Source: Octopus vulgaris (Eukaryota). Taken from it: 64,000 nucleotides of DNA. The stretch is taken from positions 73,532,001-73,596,000 of the forward strand of contig OX597814.1 of NCBI GenBank assembly GCA_951406725.2. The letters are read 5' to 3'. The notes under the pieces are model-generated. The model was not told where the DNA came from. It ran no database searches and saw only the letters and a list, made by a program, of their open reading frames with translations. The position numbers were made by a program, and so were the translations under genes. Each line of letters opens with the position of its first letter. Position 1 is the first letter of the stretch. Below are positions 13,786 through 28,779 of the stretch, one piece after another.

Positions 13786-15587
13786 CATACTTTTCTACGG
13801 TTCATCTACTACAAAATATATATATTTTGTCTTCATAGGTTGAAGTTGAATTGGGATAAATTAATTGAAGAATGTTTCGTATGTACTTTGATGAAGGCTG
13901 CAGAATAGCTATTTTATACGACAACATAAGAATGCATTATAAAAGGGTGTGTTTGATATAGGAAAGATAACATAAACTGGGACGCACCTAGTCAAAATGT
14001 TATGAAGTAAATGTTATCATGACATCACATGGTCGACAATCACAGTGTATCTAAGAATGTTTCGGTACAACAAATCAAATCTTTATCAGATTCCCTAAGT
14101 TATGAAGAAAATAATCATCACACGTTATGTATGTATGTATGTATGTATGTATGTATGTATGTATGTATGTATGTATGTATGTATGTATGTATGTATGTAT
14201 GTATGTATATGACCGCAGTTGCATGGCTGAAACGAGTAAAAGAATAAAACAATCGGTGTGTGATATATGTATACATATGCAAGCACGCACATACACACAC
14301 ATGCACACACACACATATATGAAAATGTGTATGCATATTATATTCTATTATATTCTTATATACAGCCTAGAAATAAGACAAGTCATTGATAAGTTAAATA
14401 ATATTTCATATCCCACACACAGACAAACACATATATCTTGAGGGCCACTTTTGGCAGTAATTATATGCAATTTTGTTGGGGTTGATTTGTATATACTATA
14501 ACCGTGTGATTGTTATGACGGCTGTATCTTATTTATATGCTTTCTACTGGGAAAGATAAAAAAATATATTTTATTTCTTGAGTAAGAATCTATATTGATA
14601 AACCCGTCACTTATAACTTAATTATAAGTGTTATCACTATATATAAATCTTAACTCAAGCTACATAAACGCCGTAGTGATATATATATATATATATATCA
14701 AAACGCTTAACGGACATGTTGAATGTGCATGTATGTTGAAGATAAGTTCGTGTTCTTTTTCACTGCTATGAAAAAAAAAAAAAACAGTTTCTTAATTGCA
14801 GAAATAAATTTCATTAACAGGTTGGAAAGAAGTGAAGAAAAAGAAAATATTTACTACATTGGTTTGTTTATTTACAATTAATATTTACAGTACATTTAGA
14901 AGTAAGGCAATTTGCCGTAGAGAGTTACGACCAACGAACAGTGTCGTGAAGTCTAGTGATAACCAAAAATCACTAGCATGAGTGTCGTGGAGTTTAGTAA
15001 AAACCAACGATCACTGATTAATTCTCAAGAAATGAGGGTTTTTATAACTGCTCATACCTGAATTCTAAGAACCGTATTTCGTGAAAGAATTCTCTTTGGC
15101 GAAAGTTTAGAATTCAAAGATGGGCAGTAATTTTAACCAATGGGAAACCAACAATTATACTTTTATGACTTGCTTGCTGCTCGCTATAATACCTTAATTA
15201 ATTAATTGTTTTCAAAGTTTTTCATCAGAGAAATGCGATCTTCTCAACGACCTCATGCACAACCTGTCTGTTTGTGTCTGGTAGTATACATTTATGTAAG
15301 TTTGTTTGTAAATGAGACTGTGTGGCTGTGTGGTGAGTGTCTTTGTGTTTGGTTGAGTGGGTGTCTATGAGAACATTTTGGTTGATTTTGTTTGCAGACG
15401 TACACATGCACAAATGCATATTTATAGACGTGCATCTGTTATGGGATATAAGTATACATACACGCATACACATGTGTATGTTAATATACATCTATCGATC
15501 AATATATCTATATCTATCCATGTATCTAACATGCTAGCTAGCCACCTGTCTATCTGTATATTTGCTTTTTTCTCTCCTCCTCTATGA

Positions 15588-15654
<67 letters not shown>

Positions 15655-15854
15655 TACACCCATATACATTATACATATAAACCCCGTCTAGTGTGATAGA
15701 GAGCTTGTCATAGAATCTCGAGGATTCCGAGATTGGTACACGGAAAGAGACTCTGTGAGGTCCTTGACAACAGGTTGTTGTTCGCTTTTACAGAATTAAC
15801 CGTGGCAAGTGAAATCTAGAGCTCTGTCAGGTGAAATGGAAATAATAATAATAA

Positions 15855-16300
15855 GCATCACAGCAACAGTACACATTATCCAAAAGGTAGCTATGCTAGG
15901 AACAGCCTACATCTTGCGCACTACACTATTAAGTCAATAGAATGGCTAACGATTCAACAGAATTACACAACTAGAACAATTTTCACACACTAGTCACCCT
16001 ATACAAGCACCTAACTAAATAAAACAATACAGCTCAAGCAGTATGCACGATACAAGATTAAGGCCCAATAAAAGAGCACAACTCGTATTACACATACAAC
16101 AGAACATATACTAATATAACAAGAAACAAGAAATTAAATCCTATAACAAAACAAACTGGAGAAGTACACAAACCGGAGGAATCTATACCCTCCCAATTCT
16201 TACAAAAATAAGAATATAATATCGCACAACCTCAGGAATACGGAGCAGCGCTAGAGACTAACATGAAATTACCTAAGAAAAACTTTTCATAATAATAGTA
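15855..16300 (+). mobile_element. Extreme 3' end and 3' UTR of RLE-type LINE
   Basis: IQKVAMLGTAYILRTTL resembles the C-terminal LQKSALLGTARIL of the 30180-33847 element; ends in (TAA)n. Confidence 0.65.
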
Positions 16301-16309
16301 ATCCTTACT

Positions 16310-16730
16310 ACTAAAGGCACGAGGCTTGAAATTTGGGGGGAGGGGGGATAGCAGAATCGTTTACTTGCTGGACGAAATACTTTTCGCCCGTTACTACGTT
16401 CTGAGTTCAAATTTCGCCGAGATCAACTTTGCCTTTCATCCTTTCGGGGTCGATTAAATAAGCACCAGTTACGCCCTGGGGTCGATATAATCGACTTAAC
16501 CCGTTTGTTTGTCCTTGTTTGTCCCCTCTGTGTGTAGCCCCTTGTGGGCAGTAAAGAAATAGGTATTTCGTCTGCCGCTACGTTCTGAGTTCGGATTCCG
16601 CCGAGGTCGACTTTACCTTCCATCCTCTCGGGACCGATAAATTAAATAGCAGTGAAACACTGAGGTCGATGTAATCGACTAGTCCCCTCTCACCAGATTT
16701 GAGGCCTTGTGCCTTTGGTAGAAAGGGTTA
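16310..16730 (+). mobile_element. SINE family A, dimeric
   Basis: Same two-core structure as 7905-8292. Confidence 0.85.
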
Positions 16731-17452
16731 CTATAACTTACAATTCTCATAAAGAATATAAGAATCCATCCTCAGTAGTGCGCGGTTTCTAAGAATCCTT
16801 TAGTTTGGATGCATGTCTCTTGCTCTTGGAATTCCTCATTTATCACGAAAATAAAAGCTATTGGATTCATATATTATCATGTAATGTTGCCAGAATATAT
16901 AAAATCGCTTTTTTTTTGTATGCGTGCGTGTAGGTGTGTGCTGTTACAGAAAACGGAAGTAATGCTTTCTTTCATATGTAAAATGATACAGAAATAATAT
17001 TAGGAAAGAATGTTTAGCTTCCTATATACGAGTCTTTAATCGTATCATTAGCAAGAATTGAATCACTTGGTGATCACGGAGCCTTTCCTATCTGTTCCAA
17101 AACATACAGTAGGGCCTCACATATTTCAGATAACTTTGAACCACCTGATTATGCCATTAAGTTTGTGAAGCTAGTGAAGCTTCCCATGTGTATCCAATGT
17201 TAATAACTTTGCCAGGGAGGATAAAACACAAAAATAGCTAAATTCATGCATGCATACATACATACAGACAGACAAATGTGTATGTATGTATGTTTGTATG
17301 TATGTAGGTATCTCAAATAACACTCCTTACTCTCCCTCAATCTTCTGTTTGTATATATATATGTATAGATATGCATGTATACACACGCACACACACATAC
17401 ACACATATATACACAAAGAAAAAAGTGTGAGAGAGAGGCAGAAACAGAAACA

Positions 17453-17498
<46 letters not shown>

Positions 17499-18099
17499 GA
17501 CAAACAGATAGATAGATAGATAGAAAGACAGACATATAGATAGATAGATGTCTACTCACATACATACACACACGTAAATTGTTAACTTATTTAACCAACG
17601 CTTACTTGGTTGGCACAAGCGCCAGATAAAAAAAAACATGTAGCATAATCCATCTCATCAACTAAACTCTTCAAGAGGTAAGTTGCTTCATTGGAGAAGA
17701 ATCTACACGCGCGCTCACACAGTGTGACTGGCTTTCACTAGTGCAATCACCACAAAAAACTTAAACCTCATTCTCCACAACGTTGCCATGAACCACTACA
17801 TTATTTGTACAATTTGAAAATATTCCATTAATACTGTCCAAATGACGACGGTATCAAGTTCAAGTTTGGTCTCAGAACTATACGCCATCTATGAGAACCG
17901 AGCTCATATAACAAAACATTGCGACAACTTTTTTTTATTGTTGTTATTCCGAAAGAAATTAAAACAGAAAAGGAGCTATAACATTGAAATGGTACCTCGC
18001 TATATACATCCTTGAAATATCAGACAAACCACCGAATCCTAGATACATTTCGGCAAACAACAGTTCCTACTTCAGAATCTGGTCTAAGGTGCTACAATT

Positions 18100-18139
<40 letters not shown>

Positions 18140-18233
18140 ATACATCAAGTACAGGACATCACCAACGAGTGAAAAATATGTAAACACACGAGAGGACAAA
18201 ATACAAAAAATATACAATAAGAACAGGACATCA

Positions 18234-18282
<49 letters not shown>

Positions 18283-18288
<6 letters not shown>

Positions 18289-18888
18289 TTATCGCCATAC
18301 TAATATGGCATTCTTATAAAAATAAGAATAAAGCTGACCGCTTATTAGCTCCATGAGGCCATCGCCTTAAGTTAGCTATTTGATACACAAACTGTATCCA
18401 TATAACCTTTGAACAAGGGAGGTCAGTCGCTCCACACTACTTGGCCGGCAGCTACAGACGCGTTTCGGGGTATTGCCCCTTTTCAATGCAGCGTAGCCAA
18501 ACCAGTAGGTGTCGCTTCTGACAATCTCTGTTCAAAGGTTTTATTTACCTAGCTTCGGTGGAATACATCCACTTGTTTTCAATAATAGAAATATTAAAAT
18601 TACTAAGTCTCTCTAAAAGAGAACAACGGCAGCGTTCCCGGAAAATATTAGTTATCGCCATACTAATATGGCATTCTTATAAAAATAAGAATAAAGCTGA
18701 CCGCTTATTATATGGATACAGTTTGTGTATCAAATAGCTAACTTAAGGCGATGGCCTCATGGAGCTAATAAGCGGTCAGCTTTATTCTTATTTTTATAAG
18801 AATGCCATATTAGTATGGCGATAACTAATATTTTCCGGGAACGCTGCCGTTGTTCTCTTTTAGAGAGACTTAGTAATTTTAATATTTC

Positions 18889-18894
<6 letters not shown>
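18283..18894 (-). mobile_element. Non-coding hammerhead mini-element (363-bp monomer + partial tandem + inverted segment) in (TA)n
   Basis: 18283-18347 = 18646-18710 (period 363); 18711-18894 is an inverted copy; (TA)n on both sides. Confidence 0.85.
18451..18492 (-). ncRNA. Minimal type-I hammerhead ribozyme, U3-A8 core variant
   Basis: Minus strand GCTGCA-TTGAAAA-GGGG caata CCCC-GAAA-CGCG-TC-TGTAGC: 6-bp helix I, 4-bp helix II, palindromic helix III ACGCGT, GUC site. Confidence 0.85.
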
Positions 18895-18943
<49 letters not shown>

Positions 18944-19264
18944 TATATGTGTGGGTGTGTCTGTTGCAGTACCTCAATTGATTCACATGTAAATTCCACA
19001 ATGTACTTTTTGTCCTCAAGTTACTTCACTCAAAATCTTAGAAAATACAAAATTATTTTATTATAATTATTTTATCATAATTATTTTATCATTACATCTC
19101 TCCATTTTCTAATTTAATAATATTTGATATTTGCATAATACATTGATTGAAGAATTATATCTTCAAAATATAATATGTTAAACCAGTGCATCTTGGATAA
19201 AACTATCCATGTAAGAGGTTTATATATCCGCATAATGACTGAATATATATCTATCTATCTATCA

Positions 19265-19411
19265 ATCAATAACATAGAAATTAAAATATTATCCACACAT
19301 AGATCAGATGCAACAATTAGACAAATTACAGAAGCTACACACATAATAGAAAATAAACCTAGCCTGAATAGAAAACTAGAATGGAGCACTAACACACACC
19401 ACAACATATGA
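19265..19411 (+). mobile_element. Penelope-like GIY-YIG endonuclease C-terminal remnant
   Basis: IEIKILSTH...RQITEATHIIENKPSLNRKLEW fits the R..xEA..I....P.LN end of PLE GIY-YIG. Confidence 0.7.
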
Positions 19412-19856
19412 TAATAGAGGATCCTGAAAACATAATAAATACACAGATAAATAAACTAATAGAAATAAATAACTATATATATATATTTTTTTTCGATTCG
19501 ATTTATTATTGTTATTACTAGTATTGTTGTTATACATACATACATACATACATACATACATACATACATACATACATACATACATACAAGCATATGTAAT
19601 GATAATAATAAGTGGATGTAAACACATGAACAAAATAAGAATAAACATAAACAAAAACAACAAAAGCAAAATACAAATTACATAAACATATATCAACAGA
19701 AGATACAAATATTACAGGCATCCCCCCACTCACACACACTAAATAAATATAAACGCACATAGAGATATAAGCATGCGCAAATGAAGTCATACAATAGAAA
19801 TAGAAAATGGCTGACGGTTAGTAAGGAGAGACACAAATAAGTAAGAAGAAAACAAA

Positions 19857-19901
19857 GGACCACTGATGCGGTCACAGGAGTGTGACGAAAGAACTCTGGC
19901 C
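19857..19901 (+). ncRNA. Degenerate minimal hammerhead downstream of the GIY-YIG remnant
   Basis: GGACCA-CTGATGC-G-GTCACA ggag TGTGAC-GAAA-GAAC-TC-TGGCC. Confidence 0.65.
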
Positions 19902-19992
19902 GAAATAAGATTAAGATTAATGTAAAAAATAAATAACACTGAAGCAAAATAACACATATATATATATACATATATATATATACACACACACA

Positions 19993-20460
19993 TGGGCATC
20001 CTTGTTAATGCCTCATTTATACCTGCCTTTATGGCTTATAGGTTAAATGAGGTATGACTGTCCTCACTGCCGAAACAGCTGTCAGTTTTGATTTATTTGC
20101 ATATTATATTTGAAATTTTTTACTTATATCTCTTTATCTTTTTACTTTTACTATTACTGTATATCTCATTTCATTTTATATATTGCCTTTACTCATATGT
20201 AATGGTGTATTAAAGTATGGATTGAGTATCATCGGATAGTTGATGTTTTACTGATTTAAGTATGTTTCTCCATTCTCTAATTTTGTAGTATTAATTTACG
20301 GTAATATTATTACCTTTACCCATTTAATACAATAGATGAACTGATTGCTTGACAATTTTTAACATCTATGTATTATTTTTGTTGGGTACCTATCTAGCAG
20401 TATATTGGATATATATTATCCCATGGTGGGTTGAATTTTCAACCCCTATCTCATTTTATA
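19993..20460 (+). mobile_element. 5'-truncated copy of long-helix-II hammerhead element (related to 57016-57570)
   Basis: ttgttaatgcctcatttatacctgc...ggttaaatga...gccGAAACAGCTGTCagtt matches the reverse complement of 57205-57295. Confidence 0.65.
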
Positions 20461-20461
20461 A

Positions 20462-20500
<39 letters not shown>

Positions 20501-20581
20501 CTGGTACAACAATGCACCAATATTTACTGGAAATAGCAGTCGATATATATATATATATATATATATATGTCTGTCTGTCTG

Positions 20582-20694
<113 letters not shown>

Positions 20695-21659
20695 TATGTG
20701 TGCGTGTATGTATATGAATGAATGTACACATTCGTTTAGTATGATATACAGTGATTTAATGTTGTTTGAATTGCATTCACCGAGTCTTTCACAGCTCAGC
20801 AAGCTTTTCGCAATGCCAGTGAATGTATTTTTCTCTGTTTCCTATATATTGAAATGTGAATTTTTTCTTGGTAAGTGATAAACAGGTCCACGGTATTGAC
20901 AGGTCCCCGAGTAGGCCAAAAGACGTCTGTTGTTCTTGTGAATCACTGTTGCGATGATGTTCGTCTCGCTCCAAAACATACTGAGAAAATTTGTTTATGA
21001 AGAGATTTTCTCTTTGAAATTCGCCGCCTTCTTCGGATGCATAACACCTTAAGAGAAGGACGTGCAACAAAAACAGTGGTATGCTTCAAAGTTAAGGTTA
21101 ATCCTAAAAAGGTTGGGGTGGAGCAGAGATACGACTAATTGTCATCAAAATAGAAGCTATTCTTTATTGAAGCATGTTCTCATAGAATGCAATTCGTATC
21201 TGGCAGGAAATACTTGACAAAATAACTAAGATTTGAATATCTTAATTTACTAAAAAATGTCGTTCAGCCGCAACGTTGTGATAAGAAACCATCTGAAGAT
21301 GCACTTAACTGTTTTCCACGTGAATGCGAGAAGAAGTAATGCAAAAATAGTGGCTATCAGAAAAATAAGTGTCAGATAACTGAATGATGGTAATAACAGG
21401 AAAGTAGAAGTGGATTTGGAGAACGAGCTTGTTTCCCCCAGTCATATTGCAATAACAATTTCCCCGTCCATTTTTATACGCAAGGCTATGCCTTTCGTAT
21501 CAAAAATGACCTCATTTTCGAATTGAGGATGCCCTAGGAAAATAGAAGTTGGTACGTGACATGAAGTACCTACTAAAATACAGGCTATTTGTTGCACGTG
21601 GATGGCAGTATAAAGTACTCACAGTTGATGTGAGATATGATTTTGCAGCTAGACCACTT

Positions 21660-22305
21660 CTAGGTGCATTAAAAAAGTATCCGATTTTACTTTTCCTTGT
21701 CAAATCTAATGCCGTGTGGGCAAAATCCTTTGGGCGGGAGGTGATACTACCCTTTATGCGAATGTGTGAACATTTTCACGCCAGTCAGATCTTGGCTGTT
21801 ACGCCTAGAGCTCAGTCGTATAGTGCGCACTCGTCGGATTTTTGCTTTCACGCAAGATGACTTAATGCATCGAGCCGAAACCATATACGCATGTCTCATC
21901 ACCAGTAATAATGGTCCTCATGAAATCTGGATCGTGGTTTGTACATTTCAACGTCTTGAGCGATTTTCATGTGGATTTGCTTCTGATGCTCCTCTAGCAC
22001 CATGGGGATGTGTTTCGCCGATACCCTCCGCCTGCATAAATACCCCGCTAAAACGGAATGCTCTGAGCATGTGCTTCTCATTTCGTGATCAATTTCCTGG
22101 ATTGTTACACGACGGTCGTTCATGGCTATTCGCTGATACTTCTTAATCGGCTCTTCATTCCGGCTTGTGGATGCAGCCTACATGCGCAAAAATTTTCCCG
22201 TATGCACACGAGGGGTGGCGTCACCTCCCACTCAAAGGATCTTGTCCCCGCGACATTAGTTTTGCGAGGAAAAAAATAGTCGTGTACTTTCTGAACACAC
22301 CTTGT
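21660..22305 (-). mobile_element. Internally deleted mariner element
   Basis: DRRVTIQEI...RRVSAKHIP...QKQ..KIAQD...(ITGD)ETCVYG remnants; imperfect TIRs aggtgcattaaaaaagtatccga / aggtgtgttcagaaagtacacga. Confidence 0.85.
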
Positions 22306-22721
22306 GTATTCTTGAATGTTACAAGATGTGAGAGGAATATCAGAGCAGTGAATAGCGAACTGTAGAGGGAAGCAGAAGCCACTTCATCGTGGATATAGTA
22401 AGAATATATAATATAAAGAAAACGTTGGAGAGGAAGAACTCAACAAATAGTAAAACAAACAACTGCTTCAAACATGGCCGCATCTCAGTGGAGAGCGAGA
22501 GATAGGTGGGGCTGCGAGTATAAAAGAAGAAAAAAGTTAAAGCGTGCTACTTCGTGGGCCAGAAGAATGTAAAAAGATTTTCTTTGTTTACATTAAAGAT
22601 TACTCGGCGACGAGGAAGAGAGAAATACTGCCTTAAGATATATACATGTTTTAACATTTGATGAAGGAAATGTGTCACAGTGTTACTTGTGTATAAAATA
22701 ATTATAATAATTATTTCATAT

Positions 22722-22985
22722 TTTGGCACAAGTCAAGCAATTTTGAGAGGAGGGTTTAGTCAATTACATCGACCGCAGTAACTCGAATGGTATTTATTTT
22801 ATAGACGTAAAAATGATGAAAGGCAAAGATGACTTCGGCGGAAATTGAACTCAGAATGTAAAGAACCCGAAGAAATACCGACACACATTTTGTCAACGCG
22901 ATTCCAAGGACTCTGCCAACAGAAAATAATAGTAGCCCTTTTTCATATAGGCACAAAGCCTGAAATTTTGAGGGAGGGGGCTAAT
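22722..22985 (-). mobile_element. SINE family A copy
   Basis: aaggcaaagatgacttcggcggaaattgaactcagaatgt is the reverse complement of the core. Confidence 0.75.
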
Positions 22986-23023
22986 TAACGAGAGGCAGGG
23001 AAGAACTCATAACATAAAGGCAG

Positions 23024-23653
23024 ATTAATGACCTGTAGGCACGCAGTATTTCGTTATGCAACCATAATACACTATAAAGTATATCAAATGTTTTTATAAG
23101 TCACCACCATGTCCTACTGCGTTAGCAGTGCTTTTTACATTATTTTGTTAAGGTTATTTCTATAGAAATTATAGCCAGCTCTGACGTCTCGATACGAAAC
23201 GTTGTAGCAAAAAAATCAGTGCTGGCTATAATTTCTGTAGAAATAACCTTAACAAAATAATGTAAAGAGCACTGCTAACGCAGTAATACGTGGTGTTGAC
23301 TCATAAAAGTATTTAATATACTTTATAGAAATTATGGGTGCATAACGAAATACCACGTGGCTATAAGTCACTAATGTTTACATACCAGCTCGAGGAATGC
23401 ATTTAATATGTAAACTGGTACAGCCAATAACTTAACACCACTATATGCGGTGGCTATATAAGCAATGTGTTCGGCGGCGAGCGTGAGTTAGATGGGTGCT
23501 GGTGAAGAGCCAAAACTCCACGAAATATGGCATAAGCACTCATTATCCATTTTTATGTTTGGTCTCATTGTTTGTTTACATCTGACGACTCGATACGAAA
23601 CGTTGTGGCAAACAATCTGCGCTGGATATAATTTCTGTAGAAATAACATTAAC
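23024..23653 (+). mobile_element. Non-coding hammerhead-like mini-element (inverted segment + 401-bp monomer + partial tandem) with 13-bp TSD
   Basis: IR arms 23024-23184/23216-23375; ctgacg.ctcgatacgaaacgttgt at 23181 and 23582; AACATAAAGGCAG at 23011-23023 and 23654-23666. Confidence 0.8.
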
Positions 23654-23770
23654 AACATAAAGGCAGTATATATACCACTAAGTATCTTTTACGACACAGA
23701 TCGCCAACAGTGTATGTATGTATTTTTATATATACATATATGTATATACATGCACCTATCTATCTATATA

Positions 23771-24910
<1,140 letters not shown>

Positions 24911-25941
24911 TGTAACAATGCACTTATTTCCACGACAGGAAATTATCTTCGCACAAGCTTCTGGCTCAATCCACCTACACTCCAACCTAGAGGAAATACA
25001 TATTTTACCATATCGCAATATTTCTGCTTCTTAAGATGTATCTTTTACCTTATTGTTATTTTACTATGTAGTTATGTTAACACATACATATTTCACTTTG
25101 AGTATTTCTTACGAAGCGTATCTTGCCATATGTATGTTCTTCCATGTTCATATCAAAACATACCTGTATGGTACCATGTAGCTATTTTAACATACGGAAG
25201 AATAATAAACTTGGCACAAACTTCACTGTATCATGCAACATATTTTGCAGTGTCTACATTGGTATCCTCCAGCTTTCAGTTCAATTTTTGCCGATGTCGA
25301 CTTTTGGATTCTATATTTAGAGTTCACTGAAATTAATTATACTAATAAATTTGATGAATTCAAGTGATTCTATCTAATCGGATGTAAATCACTGTTTATA
25401 ATTATTTTACCAGAGTAGCTTGGTAGTAAATATCCGTTTATGCATATATTATTATGTAGTATCATTATCGTGAATGTATCAAAGTATAAGAATATATTTC
25501 GATGCATAATTAAGATTGCAGAACGAATTGGAATAATTTAAAATCTATAGCCATTTTCAATAAACATAATTTTTTAATCTCGTGTAAAGACAGCGAAAAA
25601 AGTGTTTTCACTATTGGTTTAATGTCTCTGTAGAAAGAAAAAAAAATAGCATAAATCGGACTGGTCTCCGTTACACTTTTAGCGTAGGAATAATGCTCGT
25701 GTTTTGACCAGAGAGAGAGTAGTAGCTTTAACAATTTATATTGTATACAAACTCAGACTCAGACAAATTGATCAATCTAATTTGCATGCCCTGGCTAAAA
25801 GACAGATATTCTTTTTTTTTAATAAAGATCTCACAAAATTAGAAACGTGTTAGATCGATCATTTATTTTCTACTCACGGCTAGAAAAAACCCACTTGTAT
25901 AACAATTTCAATACTTTTCCCAGTTTGACGGAAGTTGGATG

Positions 25942-25991
<50 letters not shown>

Positions 25992-26548
25992 TATAATATA
26001 ATATAATATAATATAATATAATATAGTATAATATAATATATTATTTCAGCTTGTCTAAAAACAATGTGTAGTGCAGGACGAATGAATGGATAAGCTTCAA
26101 CTTCTCAACAAATACCCTCTTATGTAAATCAGATCGACCAATTTAGCTGGGCCATAGCTGTATAAACTACAAAGTGTAATAAGTTGATAATCTCTTTGTG
26201 AAAAATGGCTATTCATTCTAATTTGTATTTGTGTACCATTTCGCCGTTCTTTTCGTTCTTGTTTTCGTATGCATTCGCTTGCTTTCTTCCAAAGAATCTA
26301 GTACTCTTAGCTTAGATTTTCTTGGGTCAGCCAGATTAGAGCAGTCTCGATTGTAACCGGCCGAAACTGCTGCAAAGATCTGGAACTCGACTGACGAAAG
26401 AAAGCTCCGAATGACCTATCCTTATTTTTTCCTGTCTTTTTTTGTATCGTCTAAATGCCCGGATGTTTTGTTGTCGCCTGTTACGTTCTTGTTCCATTTT
26501 TTGTTTTTTTTCCTATACATATATCGGCGTACGTACACTTTTGGTTGC

Positions 26549-26608
<60 letters not shown>

Positions 26609-28125
26609 GTGTGTATGTGTGTGTATATATATATATATACGTATATAGATGTAAGCATATTTGCATATATACCTGCATACATATATACAAACACATACAC
26701 AAACAGCACACACACGCGCATACACATCACAAATGCAGGTATGCCTGTTCACTTTCCTAGGTTTATGTAAGATGAAACCTAGACATTTTATTCTCTTTCT
26801 CTTTATTTCTCTCTGTCAGGAGAAACGCATTTATCTTCTCCTTCACTTATGGGTTTTAAAATATCCATTGGGACTTAATTGAAGGTAGGGTAATTTAGGT
26901 GAGTATTCTCAAAGTGCAAGAAGGAAATATTTCACTTTCTCTGCAGGAGAATACAGTCATTCTGAGGTCTCTGACATCTCATTTCATCTTAATAACTTTC
27001 CCCGTTTTATTTTTTTTATATTTGTAAGCAAAGGTTTTTTGTTTCTAATAGTTATCTAGTTTCATTTAGTTTTTCTCTTCTTTCTTTATTTAGTTTACTT
27101 CGATGGTAGGGGGCGTTGTGTTAGCCTTAGAACACCTTGATAAAAACGAGTGGCAACCAATTTGCTAAATATATAAAACAGCTGTGCACCTTTTTTCTCT
27201 TCGATGCATGGGAATAATAATTTTTCTTTCTTTCTTTCTTTCTTTCTTCTCTTTTCTTTCTCTTCACCCTTTGCTCACATTCTCTTTATGTACGTCTGTA
27301 ACTGCATGCGCGAAAGACATATAGCGCATGATTAAGATGGAAGGAAAACGCTACAAAGGTATACACAGGCACCCATACACACACCCAACAGACACAAACT
27401 CCTCTTCATTATCACTCTCTGTCTTTCACACTCTTTATCTCTCGTTCTAAGAGATACAGTGAGAGAAAGGTTAGAGAAAGAGTATAAGATAGAATGGAAT
27501 ATCAAGTGCGCGCGCACGAAAGAAAGAGAGAAAGAGTGAGAGAGAGAGAGAGAAAGGTGGAGAAAAGAGATAGAAAGATGAAATATATAAACCAGGTTGG
27601 TACTAACTATTTAATCTGCAAAGCAGCCAAATATTATCGCACATACAAGCACATAATCATACACATGTGGTTGTATAAGTGTATGTGTATGTATCTATAT
27701 AAACGTGTATATATCAATTGCATATAAAACATATTCACGTACACACATACGTGCATACCTATCTAAATACATACACTATGAGAAACACCTCCCACCGGAT
27801 AGTTTTCTCTTAGTTTATATGATAAAAAAGAATATTAGTTCATTTTATTGTACATATAGGACTACATAGCTCAATGCACCTATTCTAATTTAAGAGAGTA
27901 AAGTTTGATTTGAGAAAATTTTAGATGCTAGAAATAGCAGCCAAATTTCTCCCTAAGTTTACTTCGCTAGTTCGAAGTAAACTTGGCAGTGATTATTTAG
28001 TCTCAGGTCAGCTCTAAACGAACACGCATATGATGAAAGGCATTTCACCTGTGACCATCCCATCTGTTTGTACATCAGGGACTCTTATCCAATATATACT
28101 TTACCTCAAGGTGTGATTTGAAGTG

Positions 28126-28193
<68 letters not shown>

Positions 28194-28369
28194 GCACTTT
28201 CTGCCTCAGTCCTTCATTGATGTGGTTGGTATAGGAATTGTTTTGGGAATGTTTTGGGAATGGTGACTAGCAGGGTTGGCACTGTTTTGGTAACAAGCAT
28301 AGACAAGCATAAGCTCAATTATAATAATGTATGTATGCATGTATGTATCCCCCCTCTCTCTCGCTATCT

Positions 28370-28557
28370 ATTATCTTTTACTTGTTTCAGTCTTTAGATT
28401 GCGGCCATGCTGGGGCACCGCTTTGAAGAGTTTTTAGTCGAATGAATCGACCCTAGTACATATATTTTTTCTAAACCAAGTACTTACTCTATCGGCCCTA
28501 TGCCAAACTGCTGAATTACAGGGAAGTAAACACGCCAACACCGGTTGTCAAGCAATG

Positions 28558-28600
<43 letters not shown>

Positions 28601-28698
28601 CGACGGGCTTCTTTTAGTTTCCGTCTACCAAAGCTGCTCACAACTCTATGGTTGGCCCGAGTGCAGAAGTAACCTTACCACACAGCCACATCCCGGCC

Positions 28699-28700
<2 letters not shown>
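28370..28700 (-). mobile_element. SINE family C pieces
   Basis: gcggccatgctggggcaccgc and cgacgggcttcttttagtttccgtctaccaaa match the reverse complement of 58718-59170. Confidence 0.75.

Positions 28701-28779
<79 letters not shown>

Noticed and set aside
26300-26420. ccggccGAAAc and CTGACGAaagaaagctccGAA as a hammerhead
   Set aside because: Could not assemble helices I-III in the correct order
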